Counted from the first letter of the stretch, positions 36,868-46,577 are shown. The stretch is 64,000 nt of DNA from a candidate division FCPU426 bacterium (GCA_963719085.1 CAVRAL010000001.1:1152001-1216000); one strand, 5' to 3'. The notes: a model not told the origin generated them from the letters alone. Program-made: numbers and translations.

Positions 36868-39114
36868 TTACTTGGTCTTCATGATAAACACGCCGTCCCA
36901 ATTGGCGGGCGGCGGATTATCCTTCAACAGGCGGCAGCGTTCCAAAAAGATTCCCGAGGGACCGTCATGGGGATCCAGGTGCAGGCAGTTTTTGAATTCC
37001 CGCGAGGCTTCCTCAAACCGGCTCGCGCGATAATGGGCCAAGCCTGCCTCGAAAGTGCGAACCTTGAGTTCCTTATCCCCCGCGCCCTTGAGCCGGTGGT
37101 CCACCAACTCATAAATGCGGATGGGTTTGGTTTTACCCTTCACCTGGATGAGGTCCAGTTCGCGGCAAAGCATGTCGGACTTCACCAACGCGTAGGTAGT
37201 TTCGCTGATGATGATGGAAACTTTGTACTCTTTGGTTGTGCCTTCCAAACGGCTTCCCAGATTTACCGCGTCGCCGATCAAGGTGTAGCTCTTAATGGAC
37301 TCGGACCCCACGAACCCGACGACCATTCCGCCGCTGTTAAGTCCGATGCCGATTTCCAATTTTTCTTTACCCTCAATTTCCCATTTGGGGTGAAGGGTGT
37401 TTTCCAGAAGGTCCACCATGCCCAAAGCGGTGCTGCAGGCGCGGTAAGCGTGATCCTGCTGGGTCCCCGGCGCGCCCCAGAAGGCCATGATGGCGTCCCC
37501 GATATATTTGTCCAGCGTCCCCTCGGTTTGGAAAATCATATTGGTCATCTGGGTCAAATACTCGTTCAAAACCTCGACCACTTCCGGCGGCGTGTGTTTT
37601 TCGGAGTAAGTGGTGAAGCCGCGGATATCGGAGAACATAACGGTCAATTGCTTTTCCTCGCCGCCCAGCGCGATACCCTCGGGCAGTTTCAGGATTTCCT
37701 CGACGACCGTGGGCGCCACCATGCTTTGGAACATTTGCTTCATGTAACGGCTGTGCCGGACCTCGGTGCGGAACTTATAGGTGGTCAGGATTAAATAAGT
37801 CAGCAAAAGCGAGATCAAGGGGTAAGTCATGTTGATAATCACGTGGCCGGAGGCGAAAGCGATGCAAACCAAAACAATGTAACCGGCGAAAACGATCAGG
37901 AACCATCCCATTCCCTGGGTGGGGTTCCAACGGGGGACCAGGTACCACATGATCAAAGCCATGACCAAGATGAGAAGATACTTTAAAAAATTGGGGGCCA
38001 ACCGGATGAAATTTCCGCTGTAAACGTTCTCGATAATGTTCGCGTTGATCTCCACCCCGGGGGAGGCTTTGGTAAAAGGCGTGGGGCGCAAGTCGTACAA
38101 CCCATTAGCGGTGACCCCGATCAAGACCACCGCGTCTTTCAGTTCCTCATGCGGAATGCGGTCGTAAAGGATATCACTGGCCGAATAAGAAGGAATGGTC
38201 CCGCCCGGGCCGCAATAGTTGATGAAGGCGAAGCCGTTATCCAAGATCGGCAGCTGCCTCCCCGCCACCTCGGCGTATTTACCGGCCACAATCTTCACGG
38301 GATCTTTTTCGTCATTGAGCAGGTAACGGCTGATTTGCAGGGAAAGGTTCGGAAGTAATTTTCCCTTGTAGGCGACCGCCGTGGGGAAATAACGGTAAAT
38401 ACCGTCCAAGTCCGGCAGGTAAAGGATCAAACCCGAGTCTTGGACATTCTGTTGAAGCTCGGGAATTGAGACGATCAGCGACTCGGCCGGAAGGAACGAG
38501 GAAATATTCCCGCCAAAAAGGGTCGCCCCCGTGGTGTGCAAGGTGTCAAACTCGGGGCTCCGGCCTTCGTTGCTTTGGCCGCCCTCAAAGATCGCGTCCA
38601 TGGGCAAGAAAACATTGCCCGTCTCTTTTAACGCTTTTCCAAATTCGGCGTCCCCATTTTCTTTGGCCTGGAACTTTTTGATATCGTCCATGACCTTGGT
38701 TTTGGTTCTGGAGCTTTTACCCAAGGTGGAATCTAAAACCGTCTCCAACTGCCCCAGCATTTGTTCCTGGGTGCGTTCAGGCTCGGGGTAAAAGACGTCG
38801 TAAAAAACCGATTTAACCCCGTCGGTTTTCAATTGGCGGATCATTTGGGCGTGGATGGCCCGGGGCCAGGGCCATTGGCCCACTTCTTTCAGGCTCTTTT
38901 CGTCGATGGCGATGATTTTGACGGGGGCTTCGGGTTGGCGCACGCCGCGGACGCCGAAACGGAAGTCGATGGTTTTACTTTCGATTTGCTGGAAGAGGCT
39001 GGAGTTGAATAGGCAGAACAGGGATAAGACCAACACGACCCCTCCCATCATGTAGAGGGAGGTCCGCTTGCGATAATGAACTTTAATTTCTCTTGGCGCG
39101 GGAGGAGTTGGCAT
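36868..39114 (-). CDS. CHASE2-domain class III adenylate cyclase with C-terminal TPR-like region
   Basis: CHASE2 (IDEKSL..VGQWPWPR), 3 TM helices, FSDIRGFT, DKYIGDAIMAFW, YTLIGDAVNLGSRLE (Lys/Thr specificity residues indicate ATP). Start ATG 39114. Confidence 0.93.
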   Translation of the reverse strand: MPTPPAPREIKVHYRKRTSLYMMGGVVLVLSLFCLFNSSLFQQIESKTIDFRFGVRGVRQPEAPVKIIAIDEKSLKEVGQWPWPRAIHAQMIRQLKTDGVKSVFYDVFYPEPERTQEQMLGQLETVLDSTLGKSSRTKTKVMDDIKKFQAKENGDAEFGKALKETGNVFLPMDAIFEGGQSNEGRSPEFDTLHTTGATLFGGNISSFLPAESLIVSIPELQQNVQDSGLILYLPDLDGIYRYFPTAVAYKGKLLPNLSLQISRYLLNDEKDPVKIVAGKYAEVAGRQLPILDNGFAFINYCGPGGTIPSYSASDILYDRIPHEELKDAVVLIGVTANGLYDLRPTPFTKASPGVEINANIIENVYSGNFIRLAPNFLKYLLILVMALIMWYLVPRWNPTQGMGWFLIVFAGYIVLVCIAFASGHVIINMTYPLISLLLTYLILTTYKFRTEVRHSRYMKQMFQSMVAPTVVEEILKLPEGIALGGEEKQLTVMFSDIRGFTTYSEKHTPPEVVEVLNEYLTQMTNMIFQTEGTLDKYIGDAIMAFWGAPGTQQDHAYRACSTALGMVDLLENTLHPKWEIEGKEKLEIGIGLNSGGMVVGFVGSESIKSYTLIGDAVNLGSRLEGTTKEYKVSIIISETTYALVKSDMLCRELDLIQVKGKTKPIRIYELVDHRLKGAGDKELKVRTFEAGLAHYRASRFEEASREFKNCLHLDPHDGPSGIFLERCRLLKDNPPPANWDGVFIMKTK

Positions 39115-39188
39115 GGGCGATATTCTAAGGGTGAAGAGGGCCTCGACAAAGACTTTTTTTACCGGCCAGCCGGGAATAACAGGCAATT

Positions 39189-39290
39189 AACAATGATGAA
39201 CGCGGATAAACACAGATTTAATTCCAAGCCCAAGATTGACAAGAAATCAAAGGTTTGGTGTATCGGCGTTCATCCGCGTCCATCATTGTT
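39189..39290. repeat. Palindromic element, family B copy 4
   Basis: AACAATGATGAACGCGGATAAACACAGAT / ATCGGCGTTCATCCGCGTCCATCATTGTT. Confidence 0.85.
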
Positions 39291-39299
39291 CCAATTTTT

Positions 39300-40100
39300 T
39301 CAGGAAGAGGCGCTGCGGTAGCGTTTGAGGCCCCGGTCCCAAATCCAGACCGTCAAAAAGAAAAAAACCAGACCCAAACCAAACCCATAAAACGCCAACC
39401 CGCCTTCCAACTTGTGGACCAGGACCGCCGCCGGGAAAGTGGAAACCACCAACATGGGGACCAGGGTCATCAAAAAATGGCGCAAGAGCCAGGGATAAAT
39501 ATCCCCGGGGTAGCGAGAGAATTGGCCGAACTGCCAGTAAAGTTCCATCAGGTTGCTGGAGCGGCCGATCCAAAAGGTCCAAACCGACAGAATGAAAAGG
39601 ATGGCGTAATAAATAAGGATGCCGTTCACCACCAGCGCGGCGAAAAGAATCGCTCCCCACAAAGTAATCCCCTCGCCCATCCGGTGCAGGCCGTAGAGGA
39701 TGATGCCGATCCCCAAAGTGCTGTTGAGCATGGAAGCGTAATCCGTATAACGCAGGGACACCAGGAACTGGGTATTGATGGGTTTGATCAGGCTGAAATC
39801 CAAATCACCCTGCCGGATCTGGTCGACCAGCTTGGTGCAGTTGTCGTAGAAGAACGCCTCGAAAAGCTGGCTGATGACGTGGTTGGTGCCCACCAACACC
39901 ACCATGTCCCATTTGGTCCATCCCACCAGTTCGCCGGTTTGTCCGTAAAGGACTTGGATGAAGATGAATTGCATGAAAAGCCACATGCCCTCGGTGAGCA
40001 GGCGCACGAGGAAGTTGGCCTTGAACTGCATCTCCCGCACCAAACAGTTCTTCATCATAAGAAACAAGAGACGGCTATAACGCCTCATCGAGGAACCCAT
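39300..40100 (-). CDS. ABC-2 family (DUF990) exporter permease
   Basis: GDLDFSLIKP, RYP..IYP, GLKRYRSASS; ~6 TM helices. Confidence 0.88.
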   Translation of the reverse strand: MGSSMRRYSRLLFLMMKNCLVREMQFKANFLVRLLTEGMWLFMQFIFIQVLYGQTGELVGWTKWDMVVLVGTNHVISQLFEAFFYDNCTKLVDQIRQGDLDFSLIKPINTQFLVSLRYTDYASMLNSTLGIGIILYGLHRMGEGITLWGAILFAALVVNGILIYYAILFILSVWTFWIGRSSNLMELYWQFGQFSRYPGDIYPWLLRHFLMTLVPMLVVSTFPAAVLVHKLEGGLAFYGFGLGLVFFFLTVWIWDRGLKRYRSASS

Positions 40101-40186
40101 TTTAAAAACCTTTCAAAGCCGGACATTTTCGCCTGGCGAAAATGTTAAAACTTAAAACCGAGAACCCGGAACTTAAAATCAATTTA

Positions 40187-41050
40187 TCATCCCCCCACCG
40201 CCGAATAGCGTTTGAGGCCGATTTTCCAAATTAACCGGCTGATGCCATAAAAAACGAAGACCCAGAGAACACCAATCCCCAACAAATGCGGCAGTTGAGC
40301 CGCCGGCACTTTCCCCATGAGGATCATGCAGGGCCAGTAACCTTCGTATCCGAAGGGCGACGCGTTCAGGAAAGGCTGCATATAAAGCGGCATGAGGTTC
40401 AAGGGAATCAAATGCCCCGACAAAAAGAACTCGAACATCATTACCACGAAAAGGAAGGTCGAAATCTCCAAAAACCAAAAAGCCAATAGCCCAATGGAAA
40501 AAGTAAAAAGCATGCCGATGGCGAAAGCGATCACCAGCGAAACCACAAAGGATCCCAATTCCAAGAGCGAAGGCGCGTGGGTAAAAAATTGGCGCATCAG
40601 GAAAAAAATCGGCGGGAAGGTGAAAAGCGCCACGTTCCAAAAAACAACCTTATGGGCCAGCCGGTAGCAGACCTGGTACCAGAAATAGTCCATGGGACGG
40701 ATCAAGTAGCGGTTTAACAGCCCGTCCTTGATGTCTTTGCTGATATCCCCCATGGTCCCGGGGATGCTGGAAAAACCCCGGGCGATATACATATAGGCGT
40801 AGTAGGTGATCATGTCCTGAAAGCTCATGCCCCGGATGGAGAGCGCCGCCCCCCCTTGCTGGCGCGAATGAAAAACGGCCAACCAGATGAAGATGGTGGT
40901 GACCAGCGGCAGAAAACGGAAAATCGCCCCAAAAATATAATTGGCCCGGTAAGCCATATCTTCCTGGGTCCGGGTCGAGAGAATAATCCAGTACTTGTGA
41001 AAAGCCGATCTTTTTTGATAAGTATCCATGGTTGTGTTTTCAGTCTCCAT
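40187..41050 (-). CDS. ABC-2 family (DUF990) exporter permease
   Basis: YRAN, IKDGLLNRYLIRP, LSGHLIPL, GLKRYSAVGG. Confidence 0.88.
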   Translation of the reverse strand: METENTTMDTYQKRSAFHKYWIILSTRTQEDMAYRANYIFGAIFRFLPLVTTIFIWLAVFHSRQQGGAALSIRGMSFQDMITYYAYMYIARGFSSIPGTMGDISKDIKDGLLNRYLIRPMDYFWYQVCYRLAHKVVFWNVALFTFPPIFFLMRQFFTHAPSLLELGSFVVSLVIAFAIGMLFTFSIGLLAFWFLEISTFLFVVMMFEFFLSGHLIPLNLMPLYMQPFLNASPFGYEGYWPCMILMGKVPAAQLPHLLGIGVLWVFVFYGISRLIWKIGLKRYSAVGG

Positions 41051-42029
41051 GGGACCCCGCGAAGACCTTCTCGATCACTTCCTCAATCGGCACTTCCTCG
41101 ATATTGATGTCATCCACGTCGAATTGATTCAACAGATCGTTCGATGACTTTTTCACCTTGTCCCGCGCCACCCTTAGGACAGCCTTTCCCGCGGTGTGTT
41201 CCACCACATCCCCCAAAGGTGAAAGCTGGTCCTTGGAAACAGTGCCGTTCTTGAAGGTCACCGTGACCAACTTGGATTGGGAGAACTTTTCCACCACGTC
41301 ATCCAACCGGCCGTCGAAAATCTTTTTGCCATGGTTGATCACGACCACCCGGTCGCAAAGGGCCTGGATGTCGTTCATATAGTGGCTGGTGAGAAGGATC
41401 GTGGTTTTGGTGCGGCGGTTGTAATCCTTGATGAACTCGCGGATATTTTTTTGCGCCACCACGTCCAAACCAATGGTGGGCTCGTCCAGGAAAAGCACCC
41501 GGGGGCTGTGCAGCAGCGAGGCGATCAGCTCGAACTTCATGCGCTCGCCCAAGGACAGCTCACGCACCATGATGCCCATCAGCTTCTTCACCTGCAAAAG
41601 CTCCGTCATCTCATCCAGGATTTTGTTGTAGGAATCATCCGTGACGCCGTAGATTTCTTTATTCAGGTAAAGCGACTCTTGCGCGGGCAAATCCCACCAA
41701 AGTTGGTTTTTCTGGCCCATGACCAGGGCGAATTGCCGGCGGTATTCGTTCTTGCGCTCCGAGGGAATGAAATCCATGATTTTGACTTCTCCCGAAGTCG
41801 GATAAAGGATGCCCGCCAGCATCTTGAGGGTCGTGGTCTTCCCCGCCCCGTTGGGCCCCAGGAACCCCACCAGTTCGCCTTCCTGAATCGAGAAAGAAAC
41901 CCCGTCCACCGCCCTGACTTCGGTGAATTCCCGGCTGAAGAGGCCCTTCACGGCCCCCCCGATGCCCGGCTGTCGTTTTTGAGTTCGATAAATTTTAGAG
42001 AGGTCCTTCACGTCGATGATCGGTGGCAA
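41040..42029 (-). CDS. ABC exporter ATP-binding protein
   Basis: GPNGAGKTT, LSLGERM, LFLDEPTIGLD. TTG start at 42029 with AAGGA RBS is inferred. Confidence 0.93.
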   Translation of the reverse strand: MPPIIDVKDLSKIYRTQKRQPGIGGAVKGLFSREFTEVRAVDGVSFSIQEGELVGFLGPNGAGKTTTLKMLAGILYPTSGEVKIMDFIPSERKNEYRRQFALVMGQKNQLWWDLPAQESLYLNKEIYGVTDDSYNKILDEMTELLQVKKLMGIMVRELSLGERMKFELIASLLHSPRVLFLDEPTIGLDVVAQKNIREFIKDYNRRTKTTILLTSHYMNDIQALCDRVVVINHGKKIFDGRLDDVVEKFSQSKLVTVTFKNGTVSKDQLSPLGDVVEHTAGKAVLRVARDKVKKSSNDLLNQFDVDDINIEEVPIEEVIEKVFAGSHGD

Positions 42030-42159
42030 GAGGTGTCCTTTGGTTGAGGTGGGCGTCATTATAGGAAACGGCATCCCCGCTTTCCAACCCCCCGGAAAGA
42101 TTTCTTCGTTTCTTTTATCCCTTTCAATTTCAGAAGCGTCTTATTAAAGTTTCCCCATC

Positions 42160-42789
42160 ATGTCCAATCCCCACACCAAGAAAATCATTAAAGAGCTCCA
42201 GCGCCTCTATCCCGACACCCGTTGCTTTCTTCACTACGAGACACCCTTTCAACTGCTTTGCGCGGTCATTCTTTCGGCCCAATGCACGGACGCGCGGGTG
42301 AACCTAGTCGTTCCCGGTTTATTCAAAGTTTTTCCAACTCCCGAAAAAATGGCTAAGGCCAAATTGAAAGACATCGAAAAGCTCATCAAGAGCACCGGCT
42401 TTTACCACAACAAAGCCAAAAACTTGCTGGGCGCGGCCCAAGCCTTATTGCAGCTCTATAAAGGAATCATGCCGAAGACCATCGATGAAATGCTGGAGAT
42501 TCCCGGCGTAGGACGAAAGACCGCCAATGTGGTTTTGGGTGAGATTTATGGAATCTCAGTCGGCATCACGGTGGACACCCATGTGACAAGGCTTTCGAAC
42601 CGCCTGGGATGGACCAAACATCAGGACGCCGTGAAAATCGAGCGGGACTTAATGGAGATCGTGCCCAAAGATGAGTGGCTTCACTTTTCGCACCGCCTGA
42701 TTCAACACGGCCGCAAAGTCTGCGACGCCCGCAAGCCGCTTTGCGGAGTCTGCACGTTAGCGAAGTGGTGCCCCTCAGCGAAAACCTAA
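42160..42789 (+). CDS. nth: Endonuclease III
   Basis: LSAQCTD, PGVGRKTANV, VDTHV, C-x6-C-x2-C-x5-C FeS motif. Confidence 0.97.
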   Translation: MSNPHTKKIIKELQRLYPDTRCFLHYETPFQLLCAVILSAQCTDARVNLVVPGLFKVFPTPEKMAKAKLKDIEKLIKSTGFYHNKAKNLLGAAQALLQLYKGIMPKTIDEMLEIPGVGRKTANVVLGEIYGISVGITVDTHVTRLSNRLGWTKHQDAVKIERDLMEIVPKDEWLHFSHRLIQHGRKVCDARKPLCGVCTLAKWCPSAKT

Positions 42790-42797
42790 ACCAACAC

Positions 42798-42917
42798 AAA
42801 CCGCTCACGCAAAGACGCAAAGGTAAGCCAACCCAACACTTGAATTTTAAATCCAGATCAAAAAAAGAATCTCTTTGCGCCCTTCTTGGCGTCTTAGCGT
42901 CTTTGCGTGAGCGGTTT
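42798..42917. repeat. Palindromic element, family A copy 6
   Basis: AAACCGCTCACGCAAAGACGCAAAG / CTTGGCGTCTTAGCGTCTTTGCGTGAGCGGTTT, between convergent genes. Confidence 0.85.
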
Positions 42918-42932
42918 TCTTCGGTTTATATT

Positions 42933-43604
42933 TTATTCCACGATTTGAAACTTGCCCCTTACCTGTTCCTCAACTAAAGCATCGTAGTGCCACCACTCAT
43001 GCCGAAGCTGGCGGAACCCCGCTCCTACCATGGCCTTTCTCAAAATCATCCGGTTGTCGATTTGGGTTTGGGTGAGCTTCCCTTCTTTTAGAAGCTCGCC
43101 TTCCAATTGGGGCTCCGAAAGCGGCGTGAAGCCGTCAAAGGGCGCGCCCATATCCACCATTTTTCCTTGAGGATCGATCAAGCCGATATCCATGGCGAAG
43201 CCGTAATTGTGCATGGAACCTTTTTCGGGGTCGGCCACATATTTCTGTTGCGGAGTGCCCTTCACGATGTTCCAAAGCTTCCATTGGACGGAGCGGGGAC
43301 GAAGCGTGTCAAAAAGAACGATCTTGTAGCCCGGATGGGATTGGTGGAGCGACTCGAGAGCCTTCTTGAACTTCTCGGCGGCGATTTTGTGGATGTAGGC
43401 CTTGTGCCAGTCTCCGTAAAGGTTCGTGTGGGTGAAATTGTCCGTGGAGGCGTACTTAAGGTCGACGGTCACGCCTTCCCAGTGGGAAATTTCAACAAAG
43501 TTGGGATTGGCGGCTAGTTCCTTCAAGGATTCCTCGACCGTTTTGGACTGGGCAAAAACAGGGATGCATAAAAACAAAACCCCCAAAAGAAGCTTAAAGT
43601 TCAT
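42933..43604 (-). CDS. M15D (VanX/DdpX-like) D-Ala-D-Ala dipeptidase, exported
   Basis: YASTDNF, DTLRP, SMHNYGFAMD, EWWHYD. Signal peptide. Confidence 0.9.
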   Translation of the reverse strand: MNFKLLLGVLFLCIPVFAQSKTVEESLKELAANPNFVEISHWEGVTVDLKYASTDNFTHTNLYGDWHKAYIHKIAAEKFKKALESLHQSHPGYKIVLFDTLRPRSVQWKLWNIVKGTPQQKYVADPEKGSMHNYGFAMDIGLIDPQGKMVDMGAPFDGFTPLSEPQLEGELLKEGKLTQTQIDNRMILRKAMVGAGFRQLRHEWWHYDALVEEQVRGKFQIVE

Positions 43605-43647
43605 TCACGCTCCCCCAAACCAACACAGCTCATTTTAAGCCCAGTCT

Positions 43648-44286
43648 TTATTTTCGCTTCTTCTTTTTCGCGAAAAGCCGTTCCCAAAACTCGGCCAAAA
43701 ACTTTCTGAAGACCACGATCAAGACAACCAGAACAATGCCACCTAAGATTAAATAAAGCGCCGCAGGGCCGAGCCAAGCCTTCAACAGCTCCCATTTTTT
43801 CCCTAAAAAATAACCGATCAGCAAATAAGCGGCCGCATAGACCGCTGACCCGGCGAAGTTATAAAAAAGAAACACCTTCCACTTCATTTCGGTCATCCCC
43901 GCCAAGAGATTCGCAAACACCGGCGGAAGAAACAGGATAAACCGCGCGATAAAAACGGCCCCGGGACCATGGCGTTTGAAGATGCGCTCCCCCCATTTGA
44001 TCCTTTCAGGCGTCAGGGGGATCCAGCGGATTTTTTTGATTCGTTTGTGGCCGAAATGCCGGCCAAGCCAAAAAACCAGGGTCCCCCCTAGAAAGCTGGC
44101 GGCCGTCCCCGCGGCCAAGGGTTGCCAGAGCGAAAACACGTTTTTACCCAGGATGAACCCAGCCCCCAACAAAGCCACCCGGCCCGGCAAGGGAATGCCC
44201 AGGTTGTTGATCAACAGCACAATGAAAACGAACAGCCACCCGAAATGGGGAACATGGGGAAGCAAGGAATGAAACCACTGAGCCAC
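43648..44286 (-). CDS. DedA family membrane protein
   Basis: GIPLPG, FKRHG..AVFIARF, LAGM..M.W..F...N. Confidence 0.9.
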   Translation of the reverse strand: MAQWFHSLLPHVPHFGWLFVFIVLLINNLGIPLPGRVALLGAGFILGKNVFSLWQPLAAGTAASFLGGTLVFWLGRHFGHKRIKKIRWIPLTPERIKWGERIFKRHGPGAVFIARFILFLPPVFANLLAGMTEMKWKVFLFYNFAGSAVYAAAYLLIGYFLGKKWELLKAWLGPAALYLILGGIVLVVLIVVFRKFLAEFWERLFAKKKKRK

Positions 44287-44336
44287 TTTTACCGTCTTTC
44301 TTCGAAAACCAACACAAACTCAATGCGCATTCACCG

Positions 44337-45431
44337 CTAAACATTAAACCTGAAATGCACCACGTCGCCGTCGCGCATGACATATTCCTTGCCCTCGGTG
44401 CGGAGCTTTCCGGCTTCCCGGGCCTTAGCGGTGGAGCCGTTGGCGATCAAATCGTCATAGGAGTAAACTTCCGCCTTGATGAATCCCCGCTCAATGTCGG
44501 AATGGATCTTGCCCGCCGCCTGGGGTGCCAAGGTTCCTTTGGTAATGGTCCAGGCCTTGGATTCCATCGGGCCCGCGGTGAAAAAAGAGATCAGCCCCAG
44601 GGTCTCATAGGACTTGCGGATGATGGCGTGCAGTCCCCGCTCCTTAATTCCTAAATCGGCCAGAAACTGAACCGCTTCCTCTTCGGACAACTCCGCCACT
44701 TCGGACTCGATCTTGGCCGAGATGGGCAGACAGCTGGCGCCTTGCTTTTGCGCGTGCTGGGTCAATTCTTGGTAATACTTATTTTTGGAAACATCGAGCA
44801 AATCATTCTCAGAAACATTCCCAATAAACAAGAAAGGCTTGCGGGTTAAGAGGCTTAATTCCTTCAGCTTCTTTTCTTGGTCCGGCGTCGCCTCGACCGA
44901 GATGGCGGGCTTCCCCTCTTCCAAAGCCTTCTTAATAGAGGAGAACAAGTCCCATTCGGCCGTCGCTTCCTTATCCCCCGCCTTCTTTCCCTTTTCCACG
45001 CGCTGCAGGCGCTTGTCCGTGGTATCCAGGTCCGCCAGGCAAAGCTCGGTCAAAATAATCTCAATGTCCCGGATCGGGTTCAAAGACCCTTCCACATGGA
45101 TGATATTACCGTCCTCAAAACAACGCACCACCATGGCGATGGCGTCGACTTCCCGGATATGGGACAGGAACTTGTTTCCCAACCCCTCACCCTTGCTGGC
45201 GCCCTTCACGAGCCCCGCGATATCCACGAACTCCACGATGGCCGGAACCCGCTTTTCGCTTTTTTCCATCTCGGACAATTTGTCGATGCGCTCATCCGGA
45301 ACCGTGACCACACCCACGTTGGGATCGATGGTGCAAAAGGGATAATTTTCCGCCGGGGCTTTTGATTTGGTGATGGCGTTGAACAAGGTGGATTTGCCCA
45401 CATTCGGCAGGCCGACGATTCCGATTTTCAT
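44337..45431 (-). CDS. ychF: Redox-regulated ATPase YchF
   Basis: GIVGLPNVGKSTLFNA, YPFCTIDPN, DIAGLVKGASKGEGLGN, TGS domain. Start ATG 45431. Confidence 0.97.
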   Translation of the reverse strand: MKIGIVGLPNVGKSTLFNAITKSKAPAENYPFCTIDPNVGVVTVPDERIDKLSEMEKSEKRVPAIVEFVDIAGLVKGASKGEGLGNKFLSHIREVDAIAMVVRCFEDGNIIHVEGSLNPIRDIEIILTELCLADLDTTDKRLQRVEKGKKAGDKEATAEWDLFSSIKKALEEGKPAISVEATPDQEKKLKELSLLTRKPFLFIGNVSENDLLDVSKNKYYQELTQHAQKQGASCLPISAKIESEVAELSEEEAVQFLADLGIKERGLHAIIRKSYETLGLISFFTAGPMESKAWTITKGTLAPQAAGKIHSDIERGFIKAEVYSYDDLIANGSTAKAREAGKLRTEGKEYVMRDGDVVHFRFNV

Positions 45432-45512
45432 TTGCGAAGGTCTCCTAGGGGATTGGCGCGAAGCGGCACAAAGTGTAACAGGAACGAATCCTATTTCAAA
45501 AAGCAAAACAAG

Positions 45513-45611
45513 CCATTTTTCACCACCAAGACACCAAGAAAGGATTAAGAAGATATTGTCTTATCTCTTTTTACGATTTTCTTGGTGTCTTGGCGCCTTG
45601 GCGGTAAATGG
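45513..45611. repeat. Palindromic element, family A variant copy 7
   Basis: TTCACCACCAAGACACCAAGAAA / TTTCTTGGTGTCTTGGCGCCTTGGCGGTAAA. Confidence 0.8.
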
Positions 45612-45622
45612 GTTTTACTGTT

Positions 45623-46498
45623 TCAACTTTTCTGGAAAACCACCGGTTTGGACGGCCGGGGGATCACCATGATGGCCCAAGGCCGGGTCACCTGGCGCTT
45701 GGTCATGGAAAAGGGCCCCGGTTCCTTTTCGTGGTAAATCAGAACCTGAGAAACGCCGCCATCCTGAATTTTCTGAAGCTCAATTTCATAACCGGTCGTT
45801 TTCTTTTGTCCTTGAAAAAGCAAAACCACCGCTTCTTGGTCAAAATTAACGCTGGGTTCGGGCAGGCCGGGCTGAAGCAATTGCCAATAAGCCTCAAAGT
45901 CTTGTTCCACCGTCACGCAATCCTGCTGGCTTTCCGCCACCGGGCCGTCTTCCCCCGCCCAACGCGGAGCCTGGGCTGGATTCCAGCCGGCCGCCTCGGG
46001 GGACTCATGGAACCATCCGGTCTTAGCCTCGATGACCAGCGACTTGACGCTTTGAATTTCGGTTTGCACAAATGGGATTCGAAGCAGGGGTTCCCAGGCC
46101 TGGTGCGGGACCAACAACAACAACGGCGTGATTGGCACCACCAGGACGAACATCATCAACATACCGATCAAGCCGATTTTCTTTTTTCCCGCGGGCAGGG
46201 GGGCCGACAGAGGCGTGTTTAAAAGCGACTCGAGGTCGTTTCCGGCGGGAGCTTGCTTGGGCACGGCCGGTTCGGCGTTACGGGTGATCCAAGATAAAAT
46301 CTTTTGATCCCAAGGCAGGGCCGGAAGGGCTGGGCGGTCGGGCGGGGGTTTTCGCGCCCCGCTTTTGTACTCGTCGAGTTCCCGCCTCGCGGCGGCGCAG
46401 AGGTTCAAGTGACGGGCCACCCACCGGCGCTCGGTCATGGACAACTTATCCCGAAGATAATCCGGAAGCCGGGGATGAACTTTATCGCATTCATTCAT
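45623..46498 (-). CDS. Anti-sigma-like N-terminus + TM + PrcB-like C-terminal domain protein
   Basis: MNEC..V...LPDYL...L...ER..V..HL..C (zf-HC2-like, degenerate). C-terminus P.VNFDQE.VV..FQGQKKTTGY.I...VTRPW. Confidence 0.7.
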   Translation of the reverse strand: MNECDKVHPRLPDYLRDKLSMTERRWVARHLNLCAAARRELDEYKSGARKPPPDRPALPALPWDQKILSWITRNAEPAVPKQAPAGNDLESLLNTPLSAPLPAGKKKIGLIGMLMMFVLVVPITPLLLLVPHQAWEPLLRIPFVQTEIQSVKSLVIEAKTGWFHESPEAAGWNPAQAPRWAGEDGPVAESQQDCVTVEQDFEAYWQLLQPGLPEPSVNFDQEAVVLLFQGQKKTTGYEIELQKIQDGGVSQVLIYHEKEPGPFSMTKRQVTRPWAIMVIPRPSKPVVFQKS

Positions 46499-46577
46499 GA
46501 TGCTTCGGCGCCTCGCGGTTGGAAAAGGCTTACCGTGAGATAATAACAGCTTTGCCCCGTCCCGGGGACCCTTTCGC

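Noticed and set aside
31388..43604. VanY-like and VanX-like genes as a glycopeptide resistance cluster
   Set aside because: The two genes are unlinked and exported, with no vanA/vanH/vanRS; more likely routine peptidoglycan peptidases.
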